A DNA stretch of 64,000 bases from an uncultured Candidatus Binatia bacterium (GCA_965242525.1 OZ251459.1:64001-128000), one strand, 5' to 3'; counted from the first letter of the stretch, positions 1 to 9,967 are shown. Translations and numbers: made by a program. The notes: generated by a model from the letters alone, not told the origin.

Positions 1-59
1 CCTGGAGGCTCGATTGTCCAGAGGTTCCCCTGCCTCCCGCGGGAGGACGCGAGGAGCCT

Positions 60-875
60 TCAGCGGCTCGGGTCCGCAAGCGCAACGGGTTCGATGGCGG
101 TGAGCCGGGCCAGGGCGAACCCGTGGCCCGGGTCGAGTCGAAGGGCGCGGAGGTAGTGGTCATCCGCTTGTCCGTGGAAGCCCAGGGCGGTTGCGTTGCG
201 CGCCCGCAAGACATGGATCTCCGCAAGCCACCGGGCATCCGCGGCGAGCATCGGTTCCGCCGCGTCGAGGAAACTGAGGGATGGCCGGTGCTCCCCGAGG
301 GAGTAGTGGGCCTGCGCCACGAAGTAGTGGGTGTAGGGGTTCGCCGAGTCCATGCCGATGGCCTGCTCGAACGTCGCCAGCGCCTGCTTGTACTGCCCGC
401 GTCCCAGCAGCAGCCGGCCCTGCTGCACGAGCTTCATGGACGCGGTCCTCTGGGGCGGTGCGGCGCCGGCAACCTCGGGCAACCGCGGCAACTCGTAGGA
501 AGCCCCGGAGCCGCCCAAGTCCTCCGGGTTGGCCTCCATGACGGGCGTCGGTTCCAGGGGCGCGGACACGAGCGGCCCGGGCATCGCCGCGGGCTCCCGG
601 CCTGTCCCGGCAGGCCCGGTTTCGCGGACCCGCGGCGCCGGTTCCCGGGCGGTCTCGGACAGGTCCTCTTCCCGGATGGTCCCCTGGCGCAGGAGCGGGG
701 ACGCTGCGGCGTCATCGGGGGCCGGCGCGCTCTGCGAAAAGCCCGTTCCGCACGCGAGACACACGGCCAGGAACACCGCCCCCGCGGTCAACCGCCTCGG
801 GGTCCCTTTCCCCGGGGCGCCGTTCGCATGGCCCGATGGCGCCGCATCCACCGCGGTTTGCCGCAAGGGTGTCAC
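60..875 (-). CDS. Tetratricopeptide-repeat exported protein
   Basis: C-terminal TPR-like helices (GQYKQALATFEQAIGMDSANPYTHYFVAQAHYSLGE) and a hydrophobic signal-like segment (AVFLAVCLACGTG). Start moved to GTG 875, which overlaps the upstream stop (GTGA). Confidence 0.75.
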   Translation of the reverse strand: MTPLRQTAVDAAPSGHANGAPGKGTPRRLTAGAVFLAVCLACGTGFSQSAPAPDDAAASPLLRQGTIREEDLSETAREPAPRVRETGPAGTGREPAAMPGPLVSAPLEPTPVMEANPEDLGGSGASYELPRLPEVAGAAPPQRTASMKLVQQGRLLLGRGQYKQALATFEQAIGMDSANPYTHYFVAQAHYSLGEHRPSLSFLDAAEPMLAADARWLAEIHVLRARNATALGFHGQADDHYLRALRLDPGHGFALARLTAIEPVALADPSR

Positions 876-1018
876 AACAGTATCACCGCCAGCACCGTGC
901 CGAGGGCGAACGGCACCAGCGCCGCCGGCGGCAGGTTCCCGCTCACCGTGTCGAGGACCACCAGCAGCGACAACCCGATGAAGACGAGACCCGGATAGGT
1001 CACCACGAATTCGATCAT
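872..1018 (-). CDS. Small (48 aa) two-helix membrane protein
   Basis: ATG at 1018; almost entirely hydrophobic; stop overlaps the start of the TPR gene. Confidence 0.55.
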   Translation of the reverse strand: MIEFVVTYPGLVFIGLSLLVVLDTVSGNLPPAALVPFALGTVLAVILL

Positions 1019-1109
1019 GGCCAAGGCCCGACCGCTCCCCAGCCCCGGAAGTGGCCCGCACCGCGTTCGGTCACGTCCGAACATGGAGGATGGATTCCCT
1101 CACCCCGGC

Positions 1110-1246
1110 CATCCTGTCCCCGTCCGTCCTGAGCAAAGCATTCCATCCCCGTTCGTCCTGAGGATAGCATCCCATCCCCGTTCGTCCTGAGCGTAGCATC
1201 CCATCCCCGTTCGTCCTGAGCGTAGCGAAGCGAAGTCGAAGGACGC
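1110..1246 (+). repeat. Four tandem 29-bp units ending in a 40-bp REP-like core (family A, copy 1)
   Basis: Units CATCCCATCCCCGTTCGTCCTGAGCGTAG at 1110, 1139, 1168 and 1197. Core CCGTTCGTCCTGAGCGTAGCGAAGCGAAGTCGAAGGACGC at 1207-1246. Confidence 0.9.
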
Positions 1247-1401
1247 ACTTTCCCACAAGGAGATGGAGTCCGAGCAGGCATTGTCCAGACGCCTTACGCC
1301 ACATGCCATTGTGAGCGTCGGTTCCGGGGGTGTCAAGGCGAAGGACCGGAGCGCGCCGGAGGCAGGACGCGACCGCCGCCTCGGCTCGACCCTCCGGCCT
1401 G

Positions 1402-1449
1402 TTGACTCCAAGTCCACGATAAGGCGATAATGGAATCAACAATTCCATT
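1402..1449 (+). promoter_or_regulatory. Sigma70-like promoter with overlapping palindromic operator
   Basis: TTGACT (1402-1407), 18 bp, GATAAT (1426-1431). Perfect inverted repeat AATGGAAT-caaca-ATTCCATT (1429-1449). Confidence 0.6.
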
Positions 1450-1461
1450 TTGCGACCTGAA

Positions 1462-2643
1462 ATGGAACTGATAAGTCGATTCTTCCAAGTCCCGGACCGG
1501 AGTTTCTTTCTGTTCGGTCCCCGCGGGACCGGCAAGTCCACGTGGTTGCGTCACCGGCTGCCCGACGCCTTGCACCTCGACTTGCTGGACCCGGAGTCCC
1601 ATCGCAGCCTGAGCGCCCGTCCCGAGCGCCTCCGGGAACGGCTTGCGGGTTCGCCCGGCAAGACGACGGTGGTCATCCACGAGATACAGCGCGCGCCGGA
1701 GCTGCTCACGGTGGTCCACGCCCTGCTGGAGGAGCCGTCGCCGCCCCGGTTCGTGCTGACCGGGTCCAGCGCCCGCAAGCTCCGCCGCGGCGGCGTGGAC
1801 CTGCTGGGGGGCCGGGCGGTGCAGTGCACGCTGCATCCCTTCATGGCCGCGGAGTTGCCTGCCTTCGACCTGGAGCAGGCGTTGCGCATGGGCCTGTTGC
1901 CCCTGGCGGTGGGCGCGTCCGAACCGGCGGCCGTCCTCGACGCATACGCGAGCCTGTACCTGGACCAGGAGGTACGGGCCGAGGGGATGACCCGCAACGT
2001 CGGCGCGTTCACCCGGTTCCTGGAAGCCGTCAGCTTCTCCCACGGCGCGCAACTCAACGTCGCCGCGGTGGCCCGGGAGTGCCAGGTGGAGCGCAAGGTG
2101 GTGGCCGGGTACGTCGGTATCCTGGAGGACCTGCTGATCGCCTTCCGGCTGCCGGTCTTCCGCAAGCGCGCCAAGCGGGCCACCGCGACCCACGAGAAGC
2201 TCTACCTGTTCGACGCCGGCGTGTTCCGCTCGCTGCGCCCCAGGGGACCCCTCGACCGCCCCGAAGAGATGGACGGGCAGGCCCTGGAAGGGCTGGTGGC
2301 CCAGCATCTGCGGGCCTGGGCCGCCTATTCCCGGCAGGACGCGGGCCTGTTCTTCTGGCGCACCCGCGCCGGCGCCGAGGTGGACTTCGTGGTTTACGGC
2401 GAGTCGGGACTCCAGGCTTTCGAGGTCAAGAACGCCGACAGGGTCCATTCCCGCGACCTGCGGGCGCTCAGGACCTTTCGCGAGGACTACCCCGAAGCGG
2501 AAACCGCCCTGCTCTACCGCGGTCGAGAGCGCCTGCGCATGGACGGGATCTGGTGTCTGCCGGTCGCGGAGTTCCTGTGGCGGATGGCGCCGGACCGGGA
2601 CCTGCTGGATGTCCCTTCCTCCCGCGCCGGAAGATCAGGGTGA
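1462..2643 (+). CDS. AAA_14 ATPase with DUF4143 and C-terminal nuclease-like motif
   Basis: Walker A GPRGTGKS, TGSSA motif, KLYLFDAGV, C-terminal EVDF...FEVK. Walker B reads IHEIQ. ATG at 1462. Confidence 0.85.
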   Translation: MELISRFFQVPDRSFFLFGPRGTGKSTWLRHRLPDALHLDLLDPESHRSLSARPERLRERLAGSPGKTTVVIHEIQRAPELLTVVHALLEEPSPPRFVLTGSSARKLRRGGVDLLGGRAVQCTLHPFMAAELPAFDLEQALRMGLLPLAVGASEPAAVLDAYASLYLDQEVRAEGMTRNVGAFTRFLEAVSFSHGAQLNVAAVARECQVERKVVAGYVGILEDLLIAFRLPVFRKRAKRATATHEKLYLFDAGVFRSLRPRGPLDRPEEMDGQALEGLVAQHLRAWAAYSRQDAGLFFWRTRAGAEVDFVVYGESGLQAFEVKNADRVHSRDLRALRTFREDYPEAETALLYRGRERLRMDGIWCLPVAEFLWRMAPDRDLLDVPSSRAGRSG

Positions 2644-2680
2644 CGGCCCTGTTCCCGTGCGCCCCTGCTCGTCCACCGAC

Positions 2681-5600
2681 TCAACCGGCAGAAACGCCCC
2701 CGAGCGGTCCCACGCCGAGGACTTCCACGAGCTCGGCGACCACGGCCACGGCGTCCTCGTCCTCCTCCGCCAACTCGATGGGGGCGAACTCGCGGTTGAC
2801 GGGTTCGAGCACGATCCTGACGTGCCGCCAGCCGTTTTCGTCCTCGGCCTTCTCGCTGCGATAGCGCTTCACCGTGAAGCGAAGGCCGGTGTCCGGATCG
2901 ACCGCGTCGCGTAGCTGCACGAGCACCACGCGCCCCTGACGGGAGCCGGTCACGGGATGGGCGAACAGGCAGTAGGCGCCGTCGGGTATGGCGGGTTCCA
3001 TGGACCGTCCGACGACCTTCGCCGCGAACATCCCGGGACGCAGCGAGCGGTGTGTGTCGAGTTCCACCCAGTCCCATTCGGGATCGTCGGGTACGGATCG
3101 AGGGTTGCCGAACGCGCCTGCGGCCGCCTGGAGCGGCGCCAGCGGCACGCAAGTCACGTAGCGTGCAGCGGCCGTCGGCGTCACGAGCCGCAGCGTCCGT
3201 TCGTTCGCCGCCGCGGCGTCGTGGAACCAGGAGCGGTCGTCGCGCACGCGGTTGCGGACGTCGAGCATGTGGAGGTAACCGGCCAGGCGCCGGAAGTGCT
3301 GCACCATGGCGTTCTCGTCGTGGAGGTCGTTGGCGGCGACCTCGATCACGTCGTAGCCGTGGTTGCGCAGCCAGTCGCGGATGGCCCGGTCCCTTTCCGC
3401 GGTTTCGGGGTTGCCGTGGAGGGGGCGGCTCAGGCCGTCCAGGTAGATGCACACGCCCTCGTCCGGCTCGTGGTCCTCGGCGCGGTAGATCACGTCCGGC
3501 GTGGTGGTCCCCAGCGTCCGGTCCAGCCGCACCTGTTGGTTGCGAATTCCCTCGCCGAACCCCGCGGCGCGCAGCAGGTGGCGCAGCCGCGTTTCCGCGT
3601 CGTTGACGGGCATGGCGTCGGCCGCGGGCCTTTCCGCGGGTTGCAGCGGCGGGACGGGGTGCTCGAACGCGAGACGCGCTCCCCACGCGTCGAGCCGCTC
3701 ACCGGCGATCCGGCGATGGAGGAGATGGTGGTAATAGGCGTTGCGGAAGTTCTGGAGGCAGTCGATGCAGGAGGACTCGCACGCCCCGGCACAGTTCTCC
3801 ACCACATCCCGGGCCGCTCCCACGACTTCCGCGAACCGCTCGCACAAACGGTCGAGGAGGCCGGAGCCTCCGGGCATGGGGTCCCACAGCATCGCGTCCA
3901 CCTCCGGGCGCTCCACGTGGCCCATCACCAGTATCTGCAAGTCGTCCACGTGCATGTCCAGCACGTGGGTCGCGCCCAGTCGCAACGCCTCCAGCACGCT
4001 GTACCCGGTGGCGGCGTCGTCGCACGCGGGCAGCGAGAAGGCGTCCGCGGTCACGTCGGCGTAGAAGCCGATGTCTTCCGGGGCGCGCCGGCACCTTTCG
4101 GTATGGGACTTGCGGAACTCCTCGCGCTGGCGCTCGGACGAGAACGGCGAGACGCTTTGGCCGCACACCACGCAGACCGGGTAGCCGAACACTCCCCGTT
4201 TCCTGATGGAAGTCGAAGCTCCCACGTTGACGAGCCGCATCCGCACCCCCCGCCGCAACGACATGGGCCGTGTCCCCCAACGGTACGCTTGTCCGCCGCC
4301 GTGCTGGCCCAGCTCGAGTCCATGGACGGCGACGCCGAGTTGGAACCGCAGGTCCTCTTCGTCGGAGATGTGCGACGTGTGGACGAGGTCGGCGTCGCAG
4401 ATGGCCATGGTCCGCAGGGCTTGTCCGTTGAGGGAGGAACTTGCGTCCCCAGAGGCGGGCTTGACGGCTTGCCGTTCCGCGGAAACTTCGTAAACCGGCG
4501 TCTCGGCCTGCTCTTCGCCGAGGTCCCGGTGGAACCGCCGCGCTACGAAACGGTGGCCGTTGGCGTAGATGAGGTTGCCGGGAACGTATTCCCGCAAGGC
4601 CGCGGCAGGGGGTCGAGGCAAGCGGAAGTCCCTGGCGCCGGCGTGCCAGAAGGGGATCTCCGCCCATCCCACCACCGTGCCGACCTCGAGACCGTAACCG
4701 GGCAGGAAACCCTCGGCCGCCAGCACGTTGAAGGTGTTGGAGTCGTCGTGCCCCTCGGCCTGGCTGCGCCGCCGTTCCTGGCCCTTGAGGCGCTTCACGA
4801 ACCTGTCGCAACGGCGGAACAACGCTTCGTCCTCGGGGTCGAGGGCGCCTTGCCGCTCGCGCCGCTCGTCGAGCCGCGTGATCTGGTCCATGGCCCAACG
4901 CAAGCGCCGGCGCAGACGGGAGACGACGCTTTCCAGATGGTCGGCGAACGTGTCCACGTGGCCGCGGAGCGCCGCGGGTTTCGTCACGTCCTCGTCCTCG
5001 TCCGGCCAACCCTGGTCGAAGACCCGCCCCACGTCCGCGGCCAGGTCGGTTGCGTTGTCCCGCACGAGCTCGCGCAGGGCGCCGAAGTCGAACGGCGCGG
5101 TGCGCAGTTCGCCGTCCCGGAACAGGTACGGCTCCACGCGCCCGGGCAGGCAGCCGTCCAGGACGCCGCGGACCGCGTGGCGTTCCGTTTCCGGGCGGTT
5201 CGGGTCGCGGCCGTATCGGTGCAGCGCGCCGATGACGGTAGCGTGGACGTGCTTGGCCACCATGAACTCGTTGCGCAGGTTGAAGGCCGGGGGATCGATC
5301 CTGCCGGCGAGCAGCTTGGCGGGTTCGGCGAAGTAGGCGCGGTCATGGGACACGGGGCGGCAGTAGGTGACGTCCACCGCCATGCGATGGCGGCGTCCCG
5401 CCCGCCCGGTGCGCTGCCAGTAGTTGGCCGGCAGCGGCGGCACGTTGCGCATGAGCACCGCGTCGAGCTGGCCGATGTCGATGCCGAGCTCCAGCGTCGG
5501 GGTGCACACCAGGCAGTTCACCGCGTCGGTTGCGCCCTTGAACAGGTTCTCCAGGCGTTCGCGCTCGTCGTCGGGAACCATGGCCGTGTGCTCTTCCGGG

Positions 5601-8600
5601 CGCAGCATGGCGTAAACCCCGTCCAGCAGTTGCAGGTCGTAGTGGTCGGGGTCTTCCGGCGCCCATTCCAGGACGCCGTCGCAGCGCCAAGCGGGGCAGC
5701 GGTCGTAGGGCAGGTCCCGCGTGGTGGTGCGGCGGCAACTCCGGCAGCGCCGGACGCCCCGGTTGGGGTTCAGTCCCAGCCGGTCCGCGTTCACCTGGTA
5801 AACGCCGCTGACCCGGGGCAACGGGCGCCCCTTGGACCCCTTGAGGCGCACCGGCGACAGCAGCTTGCGTTCCACCAGGAAGGCGAACAGGCTTTCCAGG
5901 AACGACGGGACGGCTTCCCGGGGCACGCCCCACTTGCCGGCCATCTGGCGCAACGTGGTGTCGCCGCCGTCGCTCAGCCATTGGGTGACCAGGTTGGGCT
6001 TCTCGTGCGGTTCCCGGCGCAGCTTGGTGGCGTTGGGGGACAGGAACCCCGGAAGGTAGCCCTGCTGGATTTCCCGGTCCCCTTCCTGCCACATCTTCGT
6101 GAAGATCTCGTACTCCGGGTCGTGCAGGGCGCCCCTGCGCCGCAGGTAGTCGAGCACGCTGGCCACGCCCTCGCGCAGGCGTTCCGGCGCGAGGCGGAGG
6201 TCGTGGGCGTGTTCCTGTATCCACGGCGCGGCAGCGTCGAGGCCCCGGTATTCGACTTTCATCCGTCCCCAGGGTTCGAGGCCCAGGGCCTGTCGAGCCG
6301 ACAGCGTCACCTCTCGCAGTACCTGGAAGCGCAGGTACTTGCGGCGCTCCTGTGCGTGGCGGTCGCCGCCCCCTTCCTGTCGGGCCACCTGCCAGACTTC
6401 CGGGATCAAGGCTCGCGACAGCGTTGCGTCGGCATCCAGCAGGTCGTCGAGGCAGGCGGTGAGGTCGCCCACCGAGCGCGGCTGGGCCTTGATGCCCTCC
6501 GCCATCAGCGCCCGCAGCCGGAAGCGTCGGGCGTGGTCCTTCATCCAGCCGGCCTGGAACGCCGCGTCCTGGCGGTTATCGCAGAACACCAGCAGGCGTT
6601 GGCGTTCGGCGTGGTGCACCATGTCCTGGGTGAGGACGTGGACGTCGGCCACGTTGATGGCGCGCACCGGTCGCGCGGGTTCGCGGTATCGTCCAACGCC
6701 GGAGCGGCCCGCCGCGCTGCACGACAGGCAACTGGCGAGTTGCCCCGGGTTGTCAGCCTTCGAGTGCACCGCGTGCAGTCGGACCGCGGCGCCGGACTTG
6801 CCGCAATGAAGGCAGCGGGAGGCCGGCAGGGCATGGGCGGCGCCGCAGTGGCGGCAGAAGTGGAGCGCCGCGGTGCGGCGGGCGAGCGGCGTTTCGTCGG
6901 GCGCTTCGTCGTCATCGTCGCCGGCGCCGATGAGGCGGTCCGTCAGAACCACCCGCTTGCCCCCGAGGCTCTCTTCCAGCGGTTCCCACCACGAGCCCGC
7001 GGCCCCGGCCTCGCCGCCGCCCGGCCGCTTGCCGGTGAACAGGAAGTCCTTGAGGAACGCCACGTAGTAGTGCTGTCCGCAAGTGGTGCAGGTGGTGACC
7101 GGGAAGTGGGCTTTGCTCTCGCCTGACTCCCGGATCGCGGTTGCGTCCTCCGCGGCAAGCCAGAGCTTCGGGCCGTCCCACGCCTCCGGGAACGATACCA
7201 CGGCGCCGCCGATGCCGCGCACGAACACGTGGGCCACGGGCCGCAACAGGGGTCGGCCCTCGCGGCGCGCCGCGGCCCCAAGGGTCAGCCAGGCCAGGAC
7301 TTCCGCTTCGGTCACCACCCGCCCCAGGCGTTGCCCCAGGGCTTCGGCCAATTCGTCGAGGGCCTTGGGGGTCGTGAGCGCTTCGTTCAGGCGGAAGACC
7401 AGTTCGTTCCGGGACAACGCATCGTACAGGCGCCGGGGCCAGCCTTCCGGCCCGCCGGCCGCATCGCCATCCAGCTCCCGTCCGGACAGCGAGCGGTAGG
7501 CTCCGCCCACGCCGTCGCCCGACGCCTCTTCGTCTTCCACCGCGCGAACGCAGCGGTCGAGGATCCCGGCTGCGTCCCCGTCGGGTCCGGGCGGTACGGA
7601 ACGGGATTCCGCCCACACTTCGGATTCGTAGTCCTCCTCCACGGTGACCACCGCTTCGGAGGCCACGCCGAAGAAACGCGCGGCGAAATGGCGAGCGGCC
7701 TGCGGGTCTTCGCCATCGACGATGGTGGCGGAAGTGGCGACACAGGTGGTGTGGCCGGGGTCGGCGTTGCAGAACGCGCGCAGCCGCCGGATCAGGCAGG
7801 CCGTTTCCGCGCCCAGGGCGCCGGTGAAGGTGTGGGCCTCGTCGAACACGAGGAAGTCCAGCCGCGCCCCGTCGAACAGTTCCACGTCCTGCTGGCGCGT
7901 GAGCAGCAGTTCGAGTTGCTTCACGTTGGTGAGCAGGATCCGCGGTTGCCGGCCCGGGGCGCGCATGACCTCCCGGGAGCAGACCTCTTCCGCGGGATGG
8001 ACCGTCTCGCCCCTGCCTTCCCCCTGCGTCCGTCGGAGTCGGGCTTCGTAGTCGGCCCGTGACGAACCGGGTCCGAGCCGGACGCCGGCCACTTCCGTCT
8101 CCCGCTCCGGCGTCTTGCCCACGTAGATGCCGAAGGGGATGCCCGCGCCCGCTAGCAGCCCGCGCAGGCGCATGAGTTGATCTTCGGCCAGGGCGTTCAT
8201 GGGATAGACGACGACCGCGCTGACCCCGGGCGGCGCGCCGTCGTCCCGCAGGCGCAGGCATTGGCTGACCATGGGGTAGAGGAAGCACTCGGTCTTGCCC
8301 GAGCCGGTGCCGGTGGAGACCAGGGTGGTCCGCCCTTGGACGATGGCGCGGATGGCGCGTTCCTGATGGCTGTACAGGTGGGTGACGCGCCGCGGGATGC
8401 GCTCGCGCAGGTGGGGGTGGAGCAGCCCTTCGTTCACCAGGGCGTCCACCGAGGCGCCTTCCCGGAACGGGCGCGACAGGCTGACGTAAGGCCCCTTGAG
8501 CAGGGGCGAGCGGCGGGTCTCGTCCAGCGACAGCAGCGCCCGCATCTGTCCGTGCAGTCGCGGGTCGGCAAAGGGATAGGCGGTGAGCTGGTAGCGCAGG

Positions 8601-8647
8601 AAGCTCTTGACGACGTTCTCTGTGTAGGCAATGGGGTTCAGCGCCAT
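2681..8647 (-). CDS. Giant YprA/DruE-type SF2 helicase + DUF1998 Zn domain + Vsr/DUF559-like nuclease + S24 (LexA-type) peptidase domain
   Basis: TGTGSGKTE, DEAH, TSAT, TPTLELGIDIG, QRTGRAGRR; several CxxC pairs; DPMPGGSG...CAGACESSCIDCL; TPDVIY...IYLDG...HG; AAAG...GRSMEP...VKRY. GGAGG RBS upstream. Confidence 0.88.
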   Translation of the reverse strand: MALNPIAYTENVVKSFLRYQLTAYPFADPRLHGQMRALLSLDETRRSPLLKGPYVSLSRPFREGASVDALVNEGLLHPHLRERIPRRVTHLYSHQERAIRAIVQGRTTLVSTGTGSGKTECFLYPMVSQCLRLRDDGAPPGVSAVVVYPMNALAEDQLMRLRGLLAGAGIPFGIYVGKTPERETEVAGVRLGPGSSRADYEARLRRTQGEGRGETVHPAEEVCSREVMRAPGRQPRILLTNVKQLELLLTRQQDVELFDGARLDFLVFDEAHTFTGALGAETACLIRRLRAFCNADPGHTTCVATSATIVDGEDPQAARHFAARFFGVASEAVVTVEEDYESEVWAESRSVPPGPDGDAAGILDRCVRAVEDEEASGDGVGGAYRSLSGRELDGDAAGGPEGWPRRLYDALSRNELVFRLNEALTTPKALDELAEALGQRLGRVVTEAEVLAWLTLGAAARREGRPLLRPVAHVFVRGIGGAVVSFPEAWDGPKLWLAAEDATAIRESGESKAHFPVTTCTTCGQHYYVAFLKDFLFTGKRPGGGEAGAAGSWWEPLEESLGGKRVVLTDRLIGAGDDDDEAPDETPLARRTAALHFCRHCGAAHALPASRCLHCGKSGAAVRLHAVHSKADNPGQLASCLSCSAAGRSGVGRYREPARPVRAINVADVHVLTQDMVHHAERQRLLVFCDNRQDAAFQAGWMKDHARRFRLRALMAEGIKAQPRSVGDLTACLDDLLDADATLSRALIPEVWQVARQEGGGDRHAQERRKYLRFQVLREVTLSARQALGLEPWGRMKVEYRGLDAAAPWIQEHAHDLRLAPERLREGVASVLDYLRRRGALHDPEYEIFTKMWQEGDREIQQGYLPGFLSPNATKLRREPHEKPNLVTQWLSDGGDTTLRQMAGKWGVPREAVPSFLESLFAFLVERKLLSPVRLKGSKGRPLPRVSGVYQVNADRLGLNPNRGVRRCRSCRRTTTRDLPYDRCPAWRCDGVLEWAPEDPDHYDLQLLDGVYAMLRPEEHTAMVPDDERERLENLFKGATDAVNCLVCTPTLELGIDIGQLDAVLMRNVPPLPANYWQRTGRAGRRHRMAVDVTYCRPVSHDRAYFAEPAKLLAGRIDPPAFNLRNEFMVAKHVHATVIGALHRYGRDPNRPETERHAVRGVLDGCLPGRVEPYLFRDGELRTAPFDFGALRELVRDNATDLAADVGRVFDQGWPDEDEDVTKPAALRGHVDTFADHLESVVSRLRRRLRWAMDQITRLDERRERQGALDPEDEALFRRCDRFVKRLKGQERRRSQAEGHDDSNTFNVLAAEGFLPGYGLEVGTVVGWAEIPFWHAGARDFRLPRPPAAALREYVPGNLIYANGHRFVARRFHRDLGEEQAETPVYEVSAERQAVKPASGDASSSLNGQALRTMAICDADLVHTSHISDEEDLRFQLGVAVHGLELGQHGGGQAYRWGTRPMSLRRGVRMRLVNVGASTSIRKRGVFGYPVCVVCGQSVSPFSSERQREEFRKSHTERCRRAPEDIGFYADVTADAFSLPACDDAATGYSVLEALRLGATHVLDMHVDDLQILVMGHVERPEVDAMLWDPMPGGSGLLDRLCERFAEVVGAARDVVENCAGACESSCIDCLQNFRNAYYHHLLHRRIAGERLDAWGARLAFEHPVPPLQPAERPAADAMPVNDAETRLRHLLRAAGFGEGIRNQQVRLDRTLGTTTPDVIYRAEDHEPDEGVCIYLDGLSRPLHGNPETAERDRAIRDWLRNHGYDVIEVAANDLHDENAMVQHFRRLAGYLHMLDVRNRVRDDRSWFHDAAAANERTLRLVTPTAAARYVTCVPLAPLQAAAGAFGNPRSVPDDPEWDWVELDTHRSLRPGMFAAKVVGRSMEPAIPDGAYCLFAHPVTGSRQGRVVLVQLRDAVDPDTGLRFTVKRYRSEKAEDENGWRHVRIVLEPVNREFAPIELAEEDEDAVAVVAELVEVLGVGPLGGVSAG

Positions 8648-8731
8648 CGTGGCATCCTCCGTCTCGTCACCGGAGCCGGCTGACTAGCTGGACCGCGGGC
8701 GGTTCGCGGCGCATGGAGTCGAACGCGGGCG

Positions 8732-9967
8732 TCACCAGCGCCACAGGGCGCTACAGGGTACGGCGTGCAGCCGCTCGCCGAACGGCACCACCGAACCGCC
8801 TGCGTACAGGACGATGCCGCGGACGAAGCGGTCCCCCGCGGCCTGTGCGAGGTCCCGGAGACCCGTGAAGGCGCGCTCGGAGACCGCGCGAGTGGCCTTC
8901 ACTTCGACCCCGACCACCGAACCGGCTCGGTCCTCCAGCACCACGTCCACCTCCCGTTGGTCGTGGGTCCGGTAGTGGAACAGCCGCGGGCGTCGTCGGC
9001 TCCAGCCGGCCTGCTTGAACAACTCCATGATCACGAAGTTCTCCAACAGGCGGCCCGTCGCCTCGTCCGCGGCGCGCCCGGGCGCGCCGCCGAGGTTGTT
9101 CAGGTGCGCCGCCAAGCCCGTGTCGGTCACCAGCAGCTTCGGCGCCTTGGCCATCCGCTTGCCCACGTTGCGAAACCACGCAGGAAGGGAGTGCGCCAGG
9201 AACGCTCCGGCCAGCAGCGCCAGATAGCGTTTGAGGGTGGTCTGCGGCAGCGCCAGGGTGCGGGCGAGGTCTGCGTGGTTCGCCAGTGTGGCCTGCCGTG
9301 CCGCAACCAGGGTGAGCAGGCGCGGCAGTTCGCCGATCCCCTCGACGTTGGCCAAGTCGCGGACCTCGCGCTGCAGGACCGTCTCCACGTAACTCTCGTA
9401 CCAGGCGCGCCGTCGGTGCACAGTGCGGCGCGTCATCATTTCGGGATAGCCGCCGCGGACCGCCCGCGTGAACAGGTCGGCCTGGGATACCGCGGGAGGC
9501 GGCGTGGACGGCAGGTCCGCGTCGAAGACGGCGTCCACGAAGCCTTCCACCGCGCCTTCCAGTTCTCCTTGGGAGAACGGCCACAAGGTGTCGATCTCGA
9601 TGCGGCCGGCGAGCGCCTGCGACAGGTCGGGGACCACGTTGACCGCGGCCGACCCGGTGAGCAGGAAGCGGCCCGGACGGCGGTCGCGGTCGATGGCCAG
9701 CTTGACGGCGCGGAACAGCGCCGGCACGCGCTGTACCTCGTCGATGACCACGGGGCCGGGTTGACCGGCGATGAACTGGTCCGGGTCCGCGCGCGCCGCA
9801 GCCAGCGTCGCCGCATCATCCAGGGTAAGGTACGAAGCTCGATGCGGACCGTGAGCGATTAGCTGCGCGAGAGTGCTCTTGCCGGACTGCCGCGGCCCCT
9901 GGATGAACACCGCCGGGGTATCCGCCAGCGCCTCCAGGACAACGGTCTCGATATTCCTCCGCTGCAT
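8732..9967 (-). CDS. AAA_14 ATPase with DUF4143 (second, divergent paralog)
   Basis: GPRQSGKS, IDEVQ, LTGSA, GGYP, KLLVTDTGL, EVDVV...VEVK. Confidence 0.88.
   Translation of the reverse strand: MQRRNIETVVLEALADTPAVFIQGPRQSGKSTLAQLIAHGPHRASYLTLDDAATLAAARADPDQFIAGQPGPVVIDEVQRVPALFRAVKLAIDRDRRPGRFLLTGSAAVNVVPDLSQALAGRIEIDTLWPFSQGELEGAVEGFVDAVFDADLPSTPPPAVSQADLFTRAVRGGYPEMMTRRTVHRRRAWYESYVETVLQREVRDLANVEGIGELPRLLTLVAARQATLANHADLARTLALPQTTLKRYLALLAGAFLAHSLPAWFRNVGKRMAKAPKLLVTDTGLAAHLNNLGGAPGRAADEATGRLLENFVIMELFKQAGWSRRRPRLFHYRTHDQREVDVVLEDRAGSVVGVEVKATRAVSERAFTGLRDLAQAAGDRFVRGIVLYAGGSVVPFGERLHAVPCSALWRW

Noticed and set aside
1110-1246. Possible CRISPR array (29-bp repeats)
   Set aside because: Units are head-to-tail with no unique spacers, and no cas genes are present.
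2957-7126. 1389-aa plus-strand ORF
   Set aside because: Antisense shadow of the helicase, typical of high-GC DNA; no motifs.
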